From a virus (lineage: Duplodnaviria; Caudoviricetes): a stretch of 64,000 bases of DNA. A program made the position numbers and the translations under genes. The notes under the pieces are model-generated. The model saw only the letters and a program-made list of their open reading frames with translations, was not told the DNA's origin and did no database searches. Of this stretch, positions 44,383 through 52,385 are shown piece by piece (position 1 is the first letter of the stretch; each line of letters opens with the position of its first letter). The stretch lies in the IMG/VR virus record IMGVR_UViG_3300049052_000033, positions 1 through 64,000 of that record; one strand, 5' to 3'.

Positions 44383-45114
44383 ATGGAAGAATTGACGCGG
44401 TACAGTAAGGACGGCGAGTTCGGGATTAAGGAGTTCCCAGAGTGTCCCATCGTGGTACTGGAAGGGACGGACGCCGACTTCGCGGCCGACCTGACCCTGC
44501 ACCTGAAAGACCTGCAGTTTGCGGCGAACTGCCTGGCCCAGCTGAATGACCTGCCAGCCGACAACCAGGTGCTGCTGGATGCGCTCTGGCTGGCGGCGGT
44601 CAGTCGATTCGCGCGCTGCTTCATGCACGGCAAGCGGCATCGGCTCGATCGCGACATCATCTACACGCCCTACGGCGATCGGGCGCTGCAGGCGTTCGAC
44701 CTGTTCCACGCCCTGCGCAGCGAGCACTTTGCCCATGACGTCAACGGCCTGACCGCGGTGCATCTGGCAGCGGTACTGGCGCCGAACGACATGCCGCGCA
44801 AGGTCGTGCGCATCATCACCACGCAGGATATTGGCGAAACACTGTCGCCGGCTTTCATGGCGTCGCTGGCCGCGCTCATTGATGTGGCCATCGGCTGGGT
44901 CGAGGACCAATACGACGCACTGTGTGACCACCTGCGCAAGCAGCTGGAAAAGGAATCCTACGAGGCCCTGCTAGCCCGGCCAAAGCTGGATCTGGCGCGG
45001 GTCCAGCGCGATCTGCGGGCGCCGGCCGCACTGACCAAGAACGCGCGGCCATCGCGCAAAGGGGCTCCATCGTTCGACTGGTTGACCAAGGACGACGCCC
45101 CGTCGGAAGGGTGA
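44383..45114 (+). CDS. HEPN-like protein (putative RNase; moron)
   Basis: RFARCF...LRSEHFAHD (R-x5-H) in a helical protein; opposite strand to its neighbours; AGGAAAG RBS. Confidence 0.55.
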   Translation: MEELTRYSKDGEFGIKEFPECPIVVLEGTDADFAADLTLHLKDLQFAANCLAQLNDLPADNQVLLDALWLAAVSRFARCFMHGKRHRLDRDIIYTPYGDRALQAFDLFHALRSEHFAHDVNGLTAVHLAAVLAPNDMPRKVVRIITTQDIGETLSPAFMASLAALIDVAIGWVEDQYDALCDHLRKQLEKESYEALLARPKLDLARVQRDLRAPAALTKNARPSRKGAPSFDWLTKDDAPSEG

Positions 45115-45170
45115 TTGCGTAAGCAGGAGTCCCCGTCCAGACAAGCCAAACCACGCAGCAGGGCGATCGG

Positions 45171-45764
45171 TTACGCCGCCAGGCTGACGATCTGGGCGTG
45201 AATGCGGCGTGGCGCCGGCGCATCGCGCTCGCGGCGCGCTTCCCGGGCGCGCAGTTCCTTGCGCATCGGCCCCTGCATGGCCAGGATCTTGTCCAGTAGT
45301 TCCTGCACCGTTTCCGGTTCGGTGATCAGCTCCTGCGGCGCCGGCGCATCGAGCTGGCGGAACAGGCTCAGGTTCCGGAGCGGCTTGTTCTCGATACGCA
45401 TCAAATATGGCTCTCCGTCGACCCAGCGTGCCGACTCCACCGGATGGCGGCCCTGGATGAATACATCCTTGGTGCTGGCCAGCGTTTCAATTTGAATCAC
45501 CACATGATCCAGGTCACGCGTACCACGGTAGCTGTCATGCAGGCATGACTGCAGCAGGTCCATGTAGCCCCGGATGCGACCATAACCGGTCATGCCCAGT
45601 CCCTTGTGGTGCAGCATCAGGTGCAACTCGTTGTGCTGATATGACTCCTGCGTCGCGATCGACCAGCCAGAGCGTGTCAGGGTATAGGTGTCGGACTCCC
45701 ACCCGGCCCACGCTACGCGGATCGGGTGGCCCTGCACCATGTAAGTGTCAGTTGAACGAGCCAT
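45171..45764 (-). CDS. Hypothetical protein
   Basis: Typical codon usage, in operon. Confidence 0.65.
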   Translation of the reverse strand: MARSTDTYMVQGHPIRVAWAGWESDTYTLTRSGWSIATQESYQHNELHLMLHHKGLGMTGYGRIRGYMDLLQSCLHDSYRGTRDLDHVVIQIETLASTKDVFIQGRHPVESARWVDGEPYLMRIENKPLRNLSLFRQLDAPAPQELITEPETVQELLDKILAMQGPMRKELRAREARRERDAPAPRRIHAQIVSLAA

Positions 45765-45933
45765 CCGCGATGCTCGCCTTCAGGTCCTCGATTTCGGCTT
45801 CGATGTTGCGGACCACCTGCTTCGCCCCTTCCAGCGCACGCAACTTCGTCACCAGTGCGCGCTTCGCCTTCTCGCTGCGCTCTTTCGATACTTCCAGCTC
45901 CGCGTCCTTAATGACCTGTTTGATGTCAATCAT
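45748..45933 (-). CDS. Small coiled-coil protein
   Basis: GGAGG RBS before MIDIKQ. Confidence 0.65.
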   Translation of the reverse strand: MIDIKQVIKDAELEVSKERSEKAKRALVTKLRALEGAKQVVRNIEAEIEDLKASIADGSFN

Positions 45934-46111
45934 ATGTCCTCCGTTGAATGATGATGGTGTAAGGGAACAGGCGGTGCCACCAGCGGCGGGCCCGTAAATG
46001 CTTCTTCGCGGCGCCGACCGCCGCGCGGTACTTCTCGTAATCCAGCTCGGCCCGGGCCGCGGCAAGAATCGCCTGCGCGTCGACGCAGATGTGCTGGGCC
46101 AGGTAATTCAT
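45926..46111 (-). CDS. Small hypothetical protein
   Basis: ATGA coupling with the upstream gene. Confidence 0.55.
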   Translation of the reverse strand: MNYLAQHICVDAQAILAAARAELDYEKYRAAVGAAKKHLRARRWWHRLFPYTIIIQRRTYD

Positions 46112-46494
46112 GACACTGCGGCCACGCCCTCAATTGGCGCCGCTGCGGCTTCGGCCTCCAGCTGCGCTTCGTGGTAGCGGGCCAGCGCCTGCAGATAGCG
46201 GGCAAAGGCTTCCTGGCGATCCTTGGCCGCCACAATGTGTTCGCCGATGCCGTTGGTGTAACGGCGGAGCAGCACGGCGCCCGCGGCACACGCTTCGGGC
46301 GGCACCACCGTCATCCAGTACAGCGCACAGTGCGCCAGCTGATCCGGGGTCAGGCCTTCCGGCTGCGGGATCGGGCTGTATGGGTCGGGGCCGACGGCCG
46401 ACGGTGGCACGACAGGCCGTTCTTCGGTGAGCGGCGTGGGCGCCAGCCGGGCGCTGGCCGACAGGCTGGCAAACCAGCGTTTCAAGCGGTGCAT
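46108..46494 (-). CDS. Hypothetical protein
   Basis: GGAG RBS; preceded by promoter repeat copy 2. Confidence 0.6.
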   Translation of the reverse strand: MHRLKRWFASLSASARLAPTPLTEERPVVPPSAVGPDPYSPIPQPEGLTPDQLAHCALYWMTVVPPEACAAGAVLLRRYTNGIGEHIVAAKDRQEAFARYLQALARYHEAQLEAEAAAAPIEGVAAVS

Positions 46495-46520
46495 AGGGTC
46501 TCCACAAGGTCGAAAGCCAC

Positions 46521-46552
46521 AGTGTCAGGGTAATCCCGGGAAAACTTGGGAT
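46521..46552 (-). promoter_or_regulatory. Phage-specific promoter repeat, copy 2 (ATCCCAAGT-N17-GACACT)
   Basis: Motif and spacing identical to the other copies. Confidence 0.65.
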
Positions 46553-47001
46553 TTAGTTCCTGCGCCGGAAATCCCACCCGAGGAATGTCCGGGCAAAGCC
46601 CGGCAAGATGCCATTCACGACGGAAAAACCACCAGAGGATTTCAGCGGCCGGGAGCTGCAAACTGGCGTCAGCTGGGGGCCGTATCCGTGATGCGGAGCA
46701 TCGCACCCACAATAGGAAAAGTGGCCCGGTCGAATAGATTTTCACCCATCACAATGGATTCACCAGGTGGACCGGACATGGAAAACCCACCAGAGGAACC
46801 GACCAGGGAGGTGAGGAAAAATAGACATGAAAAGGGTGTGCTTAACCCGGACAATGGCTTCGACAATTTGGGAAACCAGCCGCAGTCGAATAGTTCTGGC
46901 CCCTTGAAAATCCGCTTTACCGATTGACCGACGCTGGTCGTGACTGAAACCTTGATTAAGAAGCGCGCATGGGCGTGCACCAACTTAAGGAAATAAACCC
47001 G

Positions 47002-47181
47002 ATGAAACCTTTGACTAAACTCTTGGAAACGTTGTGCGACAAAGCAGGCCCGGCCGCGAAGCAGCTGCAGCGCTATCCGGTTGGCGCCCAGCTGCTGCGC
47101 AGCCTGTTCGACCGCGCCCTGATCGCGCTCGCCCTGTGGATCATTTACCAGCTGGTGGTTGTCTTCGCCCGCGCAGTGTAA
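47002..47181 (+). CDS. Small membrane protein
   Basis: AAGGA RBS, C-terminal TM helix. Confidence 0.5.
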   Translation: MKPLTKLLETLCDKAGPAAKQLQRYPVGAQLLRSLFDRALIALALWIIYQLVVVFARAV

Positions 47182-47207
47182 TGGAGCGAAGACAACCTGG
47201 GCGAGGC

Positions 47208-47759
47208 TCAGCGACGACTGCTAAAGCTGCTGGTCGACGTCGACGGGCGGTAGCTGCTGCTGGTGCTGATGCTGGAACTACTACGGTACGACGGTGCATT
47301 GCTCACGGCGGCGACGCTGGATCGGTAGCTGGGAGTGGCCGGCGCAGCGGTCGGCTTGGGTGGTGGAGACGTGAAGGCCGGCTTGATGGTGGGCGCCGGC
47401 GCCACCGGTGGCACGGCCGCTTTCGGCGCCTGTTGCACCACTACGGTCTTGTGCACCACTGTCTGGTGCACGGTGGGCGCTGGCGGCGCAGCACGCGGGC
47501 TGTCGCGGCCGTTCAGGGCGGTGGCTGCGACGTAGCCGGCGGCGGCGCCGACCAGCATGTCGGTCATGCCGTTACTTGGGGCGGGCTGGTTGATGATGAC
47601 GGGTGCGGCTGGCGCAGTGCCGACGGTGGCCGCTGGTGCAGCCGCAGCTGGCGGCGGCGCTGCAGCCGGCGCATGTGGTGGTTCGTTCTGGCCGCAGGCC
47701 GACAGCATGAGGGTGGCGGCCATCAGGATGGCCAGGGAGCGGGTGCGTGTGCGTTGCAT
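47208..47759 (-). CDS. Pro/Ser-rich lipoprotein
   Basis: Lipobox LMLSAC; GAGGA RBS; low-complexity body. Confidence 0.75.
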   Translation of the reverse strand: MQRTRTRSLAILMAATLMLSACGQNEPPHAPAAAPPPAAAAPAATVGTAPAAPVIINQPAPSNGMTDMLVGAAAGYVAATALNGRDSPRAAPPAPTVHQTVVHKTVVVQQAPKAAVPPVAPAPTIKPAFTSPPPKPTAAPATPSYRSSVAAVSNAPSYRSSSSISTSSSYRPSTSTSSFSSRR

Positions 47760-47796
47760 AGTTCCTCGCAAATTGACTGGCAACATTGCCGCACGC

Positions 47797-47828
47797 AGTA
47801 TCCGGCCGTCTTCGCTAAAACTTGGGAT
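47797..47828 (-). promoter_or_regulatory. Phage-specific promoter repeat, copy 3 (ATCCCAAGT-N17-GATACT)
   Basis: Motif and spacing identical to the other copies. Confidence 0.65.
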
Positions 47829-48275
47829 TTAGCTGACGGCACTGGCAGCAGCGTGCGCCTGAAGCGCCGCGGCATATGCATTGACCGCGCGGCCAGCGGC
47901 ATCGAAGGCGAGGAACCATGCATATGACAGGGCCAGGCCAATGAACTGCTGCGCCGGCTGGCCGCACGGGACAAAGGCGCCTTGTAGGTTGGCGATGATG
48001 AGTACGAACGGTACCGTCATCAGGACAAGTACCACGCACCAGAGGTGGGTCAGGCGATCGAGCTGAATGGTCAGGCTGCCTTCCGCAAAGCCCCAGCGGG
48101 TCAGGACCTTGATGGACGCTGTCACGCCGGCGAGCAGCATCGACAACAGGGCCAGGAACATCAGCACTGGATGACCGGTAGGCGTTGCCGCCCACAGGGT
48201 CTGGATGCCAAAGGCGCACAGGCCAATGGCCGTCACGTGCAGGGCGGTGAAGAAACCACGCGCAATGTAGTGCAT
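47829..48275 (-). CDS. Multi-pass membrane protein
   Basis: About four hydrophobic segments; AGGAG RBS. Confidence 0.7.
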   Translation of the reverse strand: MHYIARGFFTALHVTAIGLCAFGIQTLWAATPTGHPVLMFLALLSMLLAGVTASIKVLTRWGFAEGSLTIQLDRLTHLWCVVLVLMTVPFVLIIANLQGAFVPCGQPAQQFIGLALSYAWFLAFDAAGRAVNAYAAALQAHAAASAVS

Positions 48276-48305
48276 GTCTTACTCCTATCAGGTCAAAGAG
48301 TCGCC

Positions 48306-48337
48306 ATAGTAGGAGTGGTGCGCGGAAAACTTGGGAT
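48306..48337 (-). promoter_or_regulatory. Phage-specific promoter repeat, copy 4 (ATCCCAAGT-N17-TACTAT)
   Basis: Motif and spacing identical to the other copies. Confidence 0.7.
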
Positions 48338-48550
48338 TTAGGCCGGTGCCAGCAGCGGTGGCGCCGCCAATGGCAGCACGTCGGGCACCTCGCGCGCCTC
48401 GACGTCGATCACGCCAAAGAACCGGTCAGCGGCCGCACGCCCGGCAGCAGCCATGGCGTTGGCCTTTTCGGCCTCACGTTCAGCAGCCAACTGGGCAGCC
48501 TTGGCTTCGGACGCGATGCGTAGAGCCACGAAATAGAGAGGGGTAAACAT
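48338..48550 (-). CDS. Small hypothetical protein
   Basis: MFTPLYF start; the stop codon sits inside the promoter repeat. Confidence 0.5.
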   Translation of the reverse strand: MFTPLYFVALRIASEAKAAQLAAEREAEKANAMAAAGRAAADRFFGVIDVEAREVPDVLPLAAPPLLAPA

Positions 48551-48581
48551 GTCAGCGGTCCGGCGTGGTGGAGATCCACGC

Positions 48582-48613
48582 ATGATAGGACCGCTTGGCG
48601 AAAAACTTGGGAT
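48582..48613 (-). promoter_or_regulatory. Phage-specific promoter repeat, copy 5 (ATCCCAAGT-N17-TATCAT)
   Basis: Motif and spacing identical to the other copies. Confidence 0.7.
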
Positions 48614-48627
48614 TGCTGCCGCGCCAC

Positions 48628-49227
48628 TCAGGCCGCAACGACCGCGTCTTCGACGTGCTTGCGTTCGGACAGGATAGCCAGCTGCTGTTCCCTGGAGCGC
48701 AGGGCTGCCAGCTTCTCGGTCAGCCCGATCTTGGTGTCGGCTTTGAGGCGGGCCGGGGTGGCCATGCGGTCCAGCAGCGCTTCCAGAGAATCGGCATCCT
48801 TCACGCTGTGGAAGGTCTTGTCCTTGTTAATGAAGACCAGGCTGTACTTTTTGCGGCCCAGCAGCTCGCACACATTAGTCAGGGTGCCGGTGCTCTTGCA
48901 ATCCCAGATCATCAGGCCCGTGTCGGCCTTCTCCGCCATGGCGACGTCCTTCACCGTAAAGAACGCGCGCGAGCCGGGCTTGTGGTAGGTGCTGACCTGG
49001 TGCAGTGGCCAGTTGCCAATGTTATTGCGGGCGCGGTCGCCGGTGCAGAAGACCGTGACGCGGTCGACGTGTTCTTCCCACAGGAACTGCTGGATGGACG
49101 TGTCGACACCGTCGGCGTCGCCCACCACAATATCATGGCCCAGCGTGATGATATTCATCAGGCGTTCCTGCACTTTGAAGTCCAGGTGTTTAATGGCCAT
49201 CGAGCCGGCAATAAATACGGTCGTCAT
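48628..49227 (-). CDS. SLOG/DprA-like (YspA-type) nucleotide-binding protein
   Basis: TVFIAGS...IVVGDADGVD...RDxxMA-like VKDVAMA...IWDCKSTGT Rossmannoid pattern. Confidence 0.7.
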   Translation of the reverse strand: MTTVFIAGSMAIKHLDFKVQERLMNIITLGHDIVVGDADGVDTSIQQFLWEEHVDRVTVFCTGDRARNNIGNWPLHQVSTYHKPGSRAFFTVKDVAMAEKADTGLMIWDCKSTGTLTNVCELLGRKKYSLVFINKDKTFHSVKDADSLEALLDRMATPARLKADTKIGLTEKLAALRSREQQLAILSERKHVEDAVVAA

Positions 49228-49231
49228 GGTT

Positions 49232-49819
49232 TTATCTCCACGTCAGCGTTGCAACATAAATCGACCCTATTTTCTCATAAGTGCGCAACACATCGCATGC
49301 GGCGTCCAAAGAAGCGCCGCTATGATACAAGTCATCCACTACGAGGGCCGCCCATTTACCGTTATTTTGAATGACGGGATTCAAGGTAATCTGCCCGGCG
49401 AGCGCTGCCACCTTTTCTTCGCGGGTATTGAGGTTCTTCAGCGACGGACCGCCGGGCGCCTTGATCAGCATATTCTCAAACACCGGTTTGTCCAGTAGCT
49501 TACCCAGTGCTTCCGCCACCTGGTACACCGGCTGCACGGTCCTGACATTACTGGCTGGCATAGGGATGATCATGCCGAACTTGGGCAGCAGTGGCACGAT
49601 ATGGTCTCTGACCGCCTCCGCCAAATGCGCGACCTGGCTGTGGTCTTGCCGGTATTTCAGCTGGAAAGTGGCTTCCCCGGCTTCGGTGCGCACCGTCTCA
49701 AATTGCATGTGCCCATACTCGTTATAGCCGATGGGGGTGCTGTATTTCGAATGCTTGTCGAGCGCATAGCCGCTGTCGAAGTGCCCGGTAAGCGGACGAA
49801 GGTTCACCTGCATGGCCAT
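49232..49819 (-). CDS. ComF-like type I phosphoribosyltransferase
   Basis: PRPP-binding loop LVVDDLYHSGASL; IIPMPAS; AAGGAGG RBS. Confidence 0.85.
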   Translation of the reverse strand: MAMQVNLRPLTGHFDSGYALDKHSKYSTPIGYNEYGHMQFETVRTEAGEATFQLKYRQDHSQVAHLAEAVRDHIVPLLPKFGMIIPMPASNVRTVQPVYQVAEALGKLLDKPVFENMLIKAPGGPSLKNLNTREEKVAALAGQITLNPVIQNNGKWAALVVDDLYHSGASLDAACDVLRTYEKIGSIYVATLTWR

Positions 49820-49932
49820 AGGGGCCTCCTTGAATGGATGAGATAGGGACATGATAGGGAGGAAAGACCATGTTTCAAGAGCACTATGTCAGATTGCTGA
49901 AAAAATATCTTGGTTGCCTTGAATCGGCAGTG

Positions 49933-49962
49933 AACGCGTGATTATTCCTCTAATCACGCGTT
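49933..49962. repeat. 12-6-12 perfect inverted repeat (candidate recombinase site or operator)
   Basis: AACGCGTGATTA-TTCCTC-TAATCACGCGTT. Confidence 0.75.
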
Positions 49963-50025
49963 GCTAGACGAGCGTTAAAAGCAGGCGTAAAGTTTCAAAA
50001 CTCACATTCTCTGAAGGATTAAAAC

Positions 50026-50268
50026 ATGGCCACCAAACACCCAAACCACGCCGAACTCACCGCGGCCGCCAAACTCTGCCTGGAACGCGTCCGCAACAAC
50101 TGGGTCGGCGCCAACGCCATCGGTGGCAATCCGGATGCGTATCACTTTGACGGCCAGGCCAAGGGCATCTTTGACTTGTGGTGCGAAGCCACCGGCGTGG
50201 CGATGTATTCGCAGGACTGGGTAGCACTGGATCAGCTGGTCAAGTCCGTCACAGCATCGAAGCGCTGA
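50026..50268 (+). CDS. Small hypothetical protein (paralog of 50661-50912)
   Basis: AAGGA RBS; AELT...A.G..DLW motif. Confidence 0.7.
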   Translation: MATKHPNHAELTAAAKLCLERVRNNWVGANAIGGNPDAYHFDGQAKGIFDLWCEATGVAMYSQDWVALDQLVKSVTASKR

Positions 50269-50295
50269 GCGACACCACGCACAACGGAATTCACC

Positions 50296-50664
50296 ATGCC
50301 GACCGACGACAAGAAACCATATCGGGATTTACTGATTCTCCTTGGCCATACCGGCAGTGCCGCGTCTGTGCTCAACAAGCTGCATGCCCAGATGGTCAAG
50401 ATCCACGACCCGCACCTGAAGGCGCTGTGCGACCAGGTCGTGGCGTTCTTCATCGAGAAGCCGCAATTCACCGGCTGGAAGAAGTTCCAGCTGCTGGACT
50501 TCGCTCACCAGTACGGCGCCAACAGCGGCGACTACCGCGCGACCTCCAAGGCGATCAACGCTGCACGGGAACATTGCGAGGCGCGCCTCGCATCCACCAT
50601 GCCGGCGTGGCAGCAGATCGCCCTCGACCACGGCTGGGCGCCACCAACAAGGAGCACACCATGA
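50296..50664 (+). CDS. Hypothetical protein
   Basis: Typical codon usage, coupled to the next gene. Confidence 0.65.
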   Translation: MPTDDKKPYRDLLILLGHTGSAASVLNKLHAQMVKIHDPHLKALCDQVVAFFIEKPQFTGWKKFQLLDFAHQYGANSGDYRATSKAINAAREHCEARLASTMPAWQQIALDHGWAPPTRSTP

Positions 50665-50912
50665 GCAAGACCTGGACCTATGCGGAACTGACGCAGGAGA
50701 CTGAACGCGCGCTGATCTTCTGGGCTGAAGTCGCCAGCGACGCCCGTGCCGGCGGCGAGAGCAATGGCCAAAGCCATAACTGCCGCACCCGGGCCACCGG
50801 CGCCCTCGACCTGTGGAACCGACTGACGGAAGGCTATTCGACGGTCGAGGACACGAAGCGCTTGCTGGCCCTGTCGAAAGCAGTCGACCCGAGTCCCTTC
50901 GACCACGGGTAA
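50661..50912 (+). CDS. Small hypothetical protein (paralog of 50026-50268)
   Basis: AAGGAG RBS; AELT...A.G..DLW motif. Confidence 0.7.
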   Translation: MSKTWTYAELTQETERALIFWAEVASDARAGGESNGQSHNCRTRATGALDLWNRLTEGYSTVEDTKRLLALSKAVDPSPFDHG

Positions 50913-50915
50913 CTT

Positions 50916-52055
50916 GTGAGCGGCAGCGACAAACCATCCGACGCGGGCGCGGTGCTGCCTTTCATACACCAGGTGCTGCTGCCGGCATTGCCGGCTCCCG
51001 GCACCCTGACTAACGCCAGCACCGACGACCAGATCATCGCGCTGTGGCTGGCCCGACCGCGTATCTCCAGCCGCACCCACCGCAACGGCGGCAAGGATGC
51101 ATTGCGCTTCCAGCTCTGGTGCCGGGCCTACGGTCTCGGGCTCAAGGATGTACGCTACGAACACCTGGTGGCGTACACCGCCTTCCTTGCCAAGATCCCG
51201 GCGGAGTGGATCAACCCAGTCAAACTGCCACGCACGGACCCTGACTGGCGGCCGTTCGCCCGGCAGCTGTCCGATCGCTCGCAACGTCAGGCGATGATCG
51301 TCATCAAGTCACTGCTGACGTGGATGCACAACGCGGAATACCTGCCCAAGAATCCGGCCAAGCTCTTGGGCAAACTGAACCTGCCGCTGGGCGAGACCGT
51401 CACTCGCTACCTGCCGACAGCCGGCATCGATTACCTATACCGCGCCGCCGATGGAATGCCGGCCGACAAGCCATCCGATATCCTACGGCGCGCCCGGGCC
51501 CGGTTTCTGGTGCGGGCCTATTACAACACAGCGACGCGTCTGTCCGAACTCGTCAACGCCAACATGGATAGTCTGCGCCCGGACGACCACGGCGAATGGT
51601 GGCTGCATGTGATCGGCAAGGGCAACAAGGCTGGTCAGGTTCCGGTGCCCGCTGACCTGGTTGAAGAATATGGGCGGTACCGCCATGCTTTCGGGCTGCC
51701 TACCTATCCCGACGACGGTGAGGAATTACCACTGCTGCTTACCAGCCGCGGGCCCGTGCGTCGCTTGTCCGATTACGCAGCAGGCCGGGCGATCAAGCAG
51801 CTGCTACAGGCCGCTGCCCAGCTGGCGAAAGACGACGGCCAGCATCACCTGGTCAAACGCCTGAAACAAGCTTCTACCCACTGGCTGCGCCATTCCATAC
51901 TGACCCATCAAGTCAATGCGGGCATGCCGATCAAGACCGTGCAATTGAATGCGCGTCACGCCGATATCAGCACGACAGGCCACTACGTCCACAAGGAAGG
52001 ACGCGAACGCCATGCCGAAACAGTAGCTGCCCTGGAAGCGCTGAACAAACGCTGA
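50916..52055 (+). CDS. Tyrosine recombinase (plasmid resolvase/Xer-like)
   Basis: Catalytic R (TATRLSEL), K (IGKGNK), HxxR (HWLRH), H (RHAD) and Y (TTGHY). Confidence 0.93.
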   Translation: MSGSDKPSDAGAVLPFIHQVLLPALPAPGTLTNASTDDQIIALWLARPRISSRTHRNGGKDALRFQLWCRAYGLGLKDVRYEHLVAYTAFLAKIPAEWINPVKLPRTDPDWRPFARQLSDRSQRQAMIVIKSLLTWMHNAEYLPKNPAKLLGKLNLPLGETVTRYLPTAGIDYLYRAADGMPADKPSDILRRARARFLVRAYYNTATRLSELVNANMDSLRPDDHGEWWLHVIGKGNKAGQVPVPADLVEEYGRYRHAFGLPTYPDDGEELPLLLTSRGPVRRLSDYAAGRAIKQLLQAAAQLAKDDGQHHLVKRLKQASTHWLRHSILTHQVNAGMPIKTVQLNARHADISTTGHYVHKEGRERHAETVAALEALNKR

Positions 52056-52062
52056 TCCGGGA

Positions 52063-52097
52063 ATTATTCCCGGGGAATAATCGCTAAGTCTTTGATT
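52063..52097. promoter_or_regulatory. parS-like palindrome plus IHF site, copy 1
   Basis: ATTATTCCC-G-GGGAATAAT followed by TAA-GTCT-TTGATT (reverse of WATCAANNNNTTR). Confidence 0.65.
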
Positions 52098-52159
52098 TGA
52101 CTAGACTGACAGGAATATGGGGACGAATTAACGCCACAGAATTCCTATCGATGCCGCCA

Positions 52160-52194
52160 ATTATTCCCGGGGAATAATCGCTAACTCATTGATT
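52160..52194. promoter_or_regulatory. parS-like palindrome plus IHF site, copy 2
   Basis: ATTATTCCC-G-GGGAATAAT followed by TAA-CTCA-TTGATT. Confidence 0.65.
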
Positions 52195-52385
52195 TATAAC
52201 GGATTCCTGTCACCCCGCCGCACGACAACCGAACAAGAAAAAACAAGCCATCCCACAATCAGCACCCCTGGCCAAGCCGATTCCGCGCGAATTTGCTACG
52301 CAAATTTCCCCAGCTCCCGCTGGGTCGCTTCGGCTGCTTAAAGACCATCCGTATATCAATAAGCGAATTGCGATTGCCAGCTCTT

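Noticed and set aside
46556-46990. ORFs 46427-46927 (+), 46482-46745 (-) and 46669-46983 (-)
   Set aside because: Mutually overlapping, lower-GC, no clear codon bias or motif; I could not decide whether any is real, so the segment is left unannotated.
50916-52055. Recombinase as a prophage integrase with the tRNA cluster as att site
   Set aside because: The tRNAs are internal, complete and far away; no duplicated tRNA 3' end or host junction is seen; the gene sits in the Rep/Par block, which fits a resolvase.
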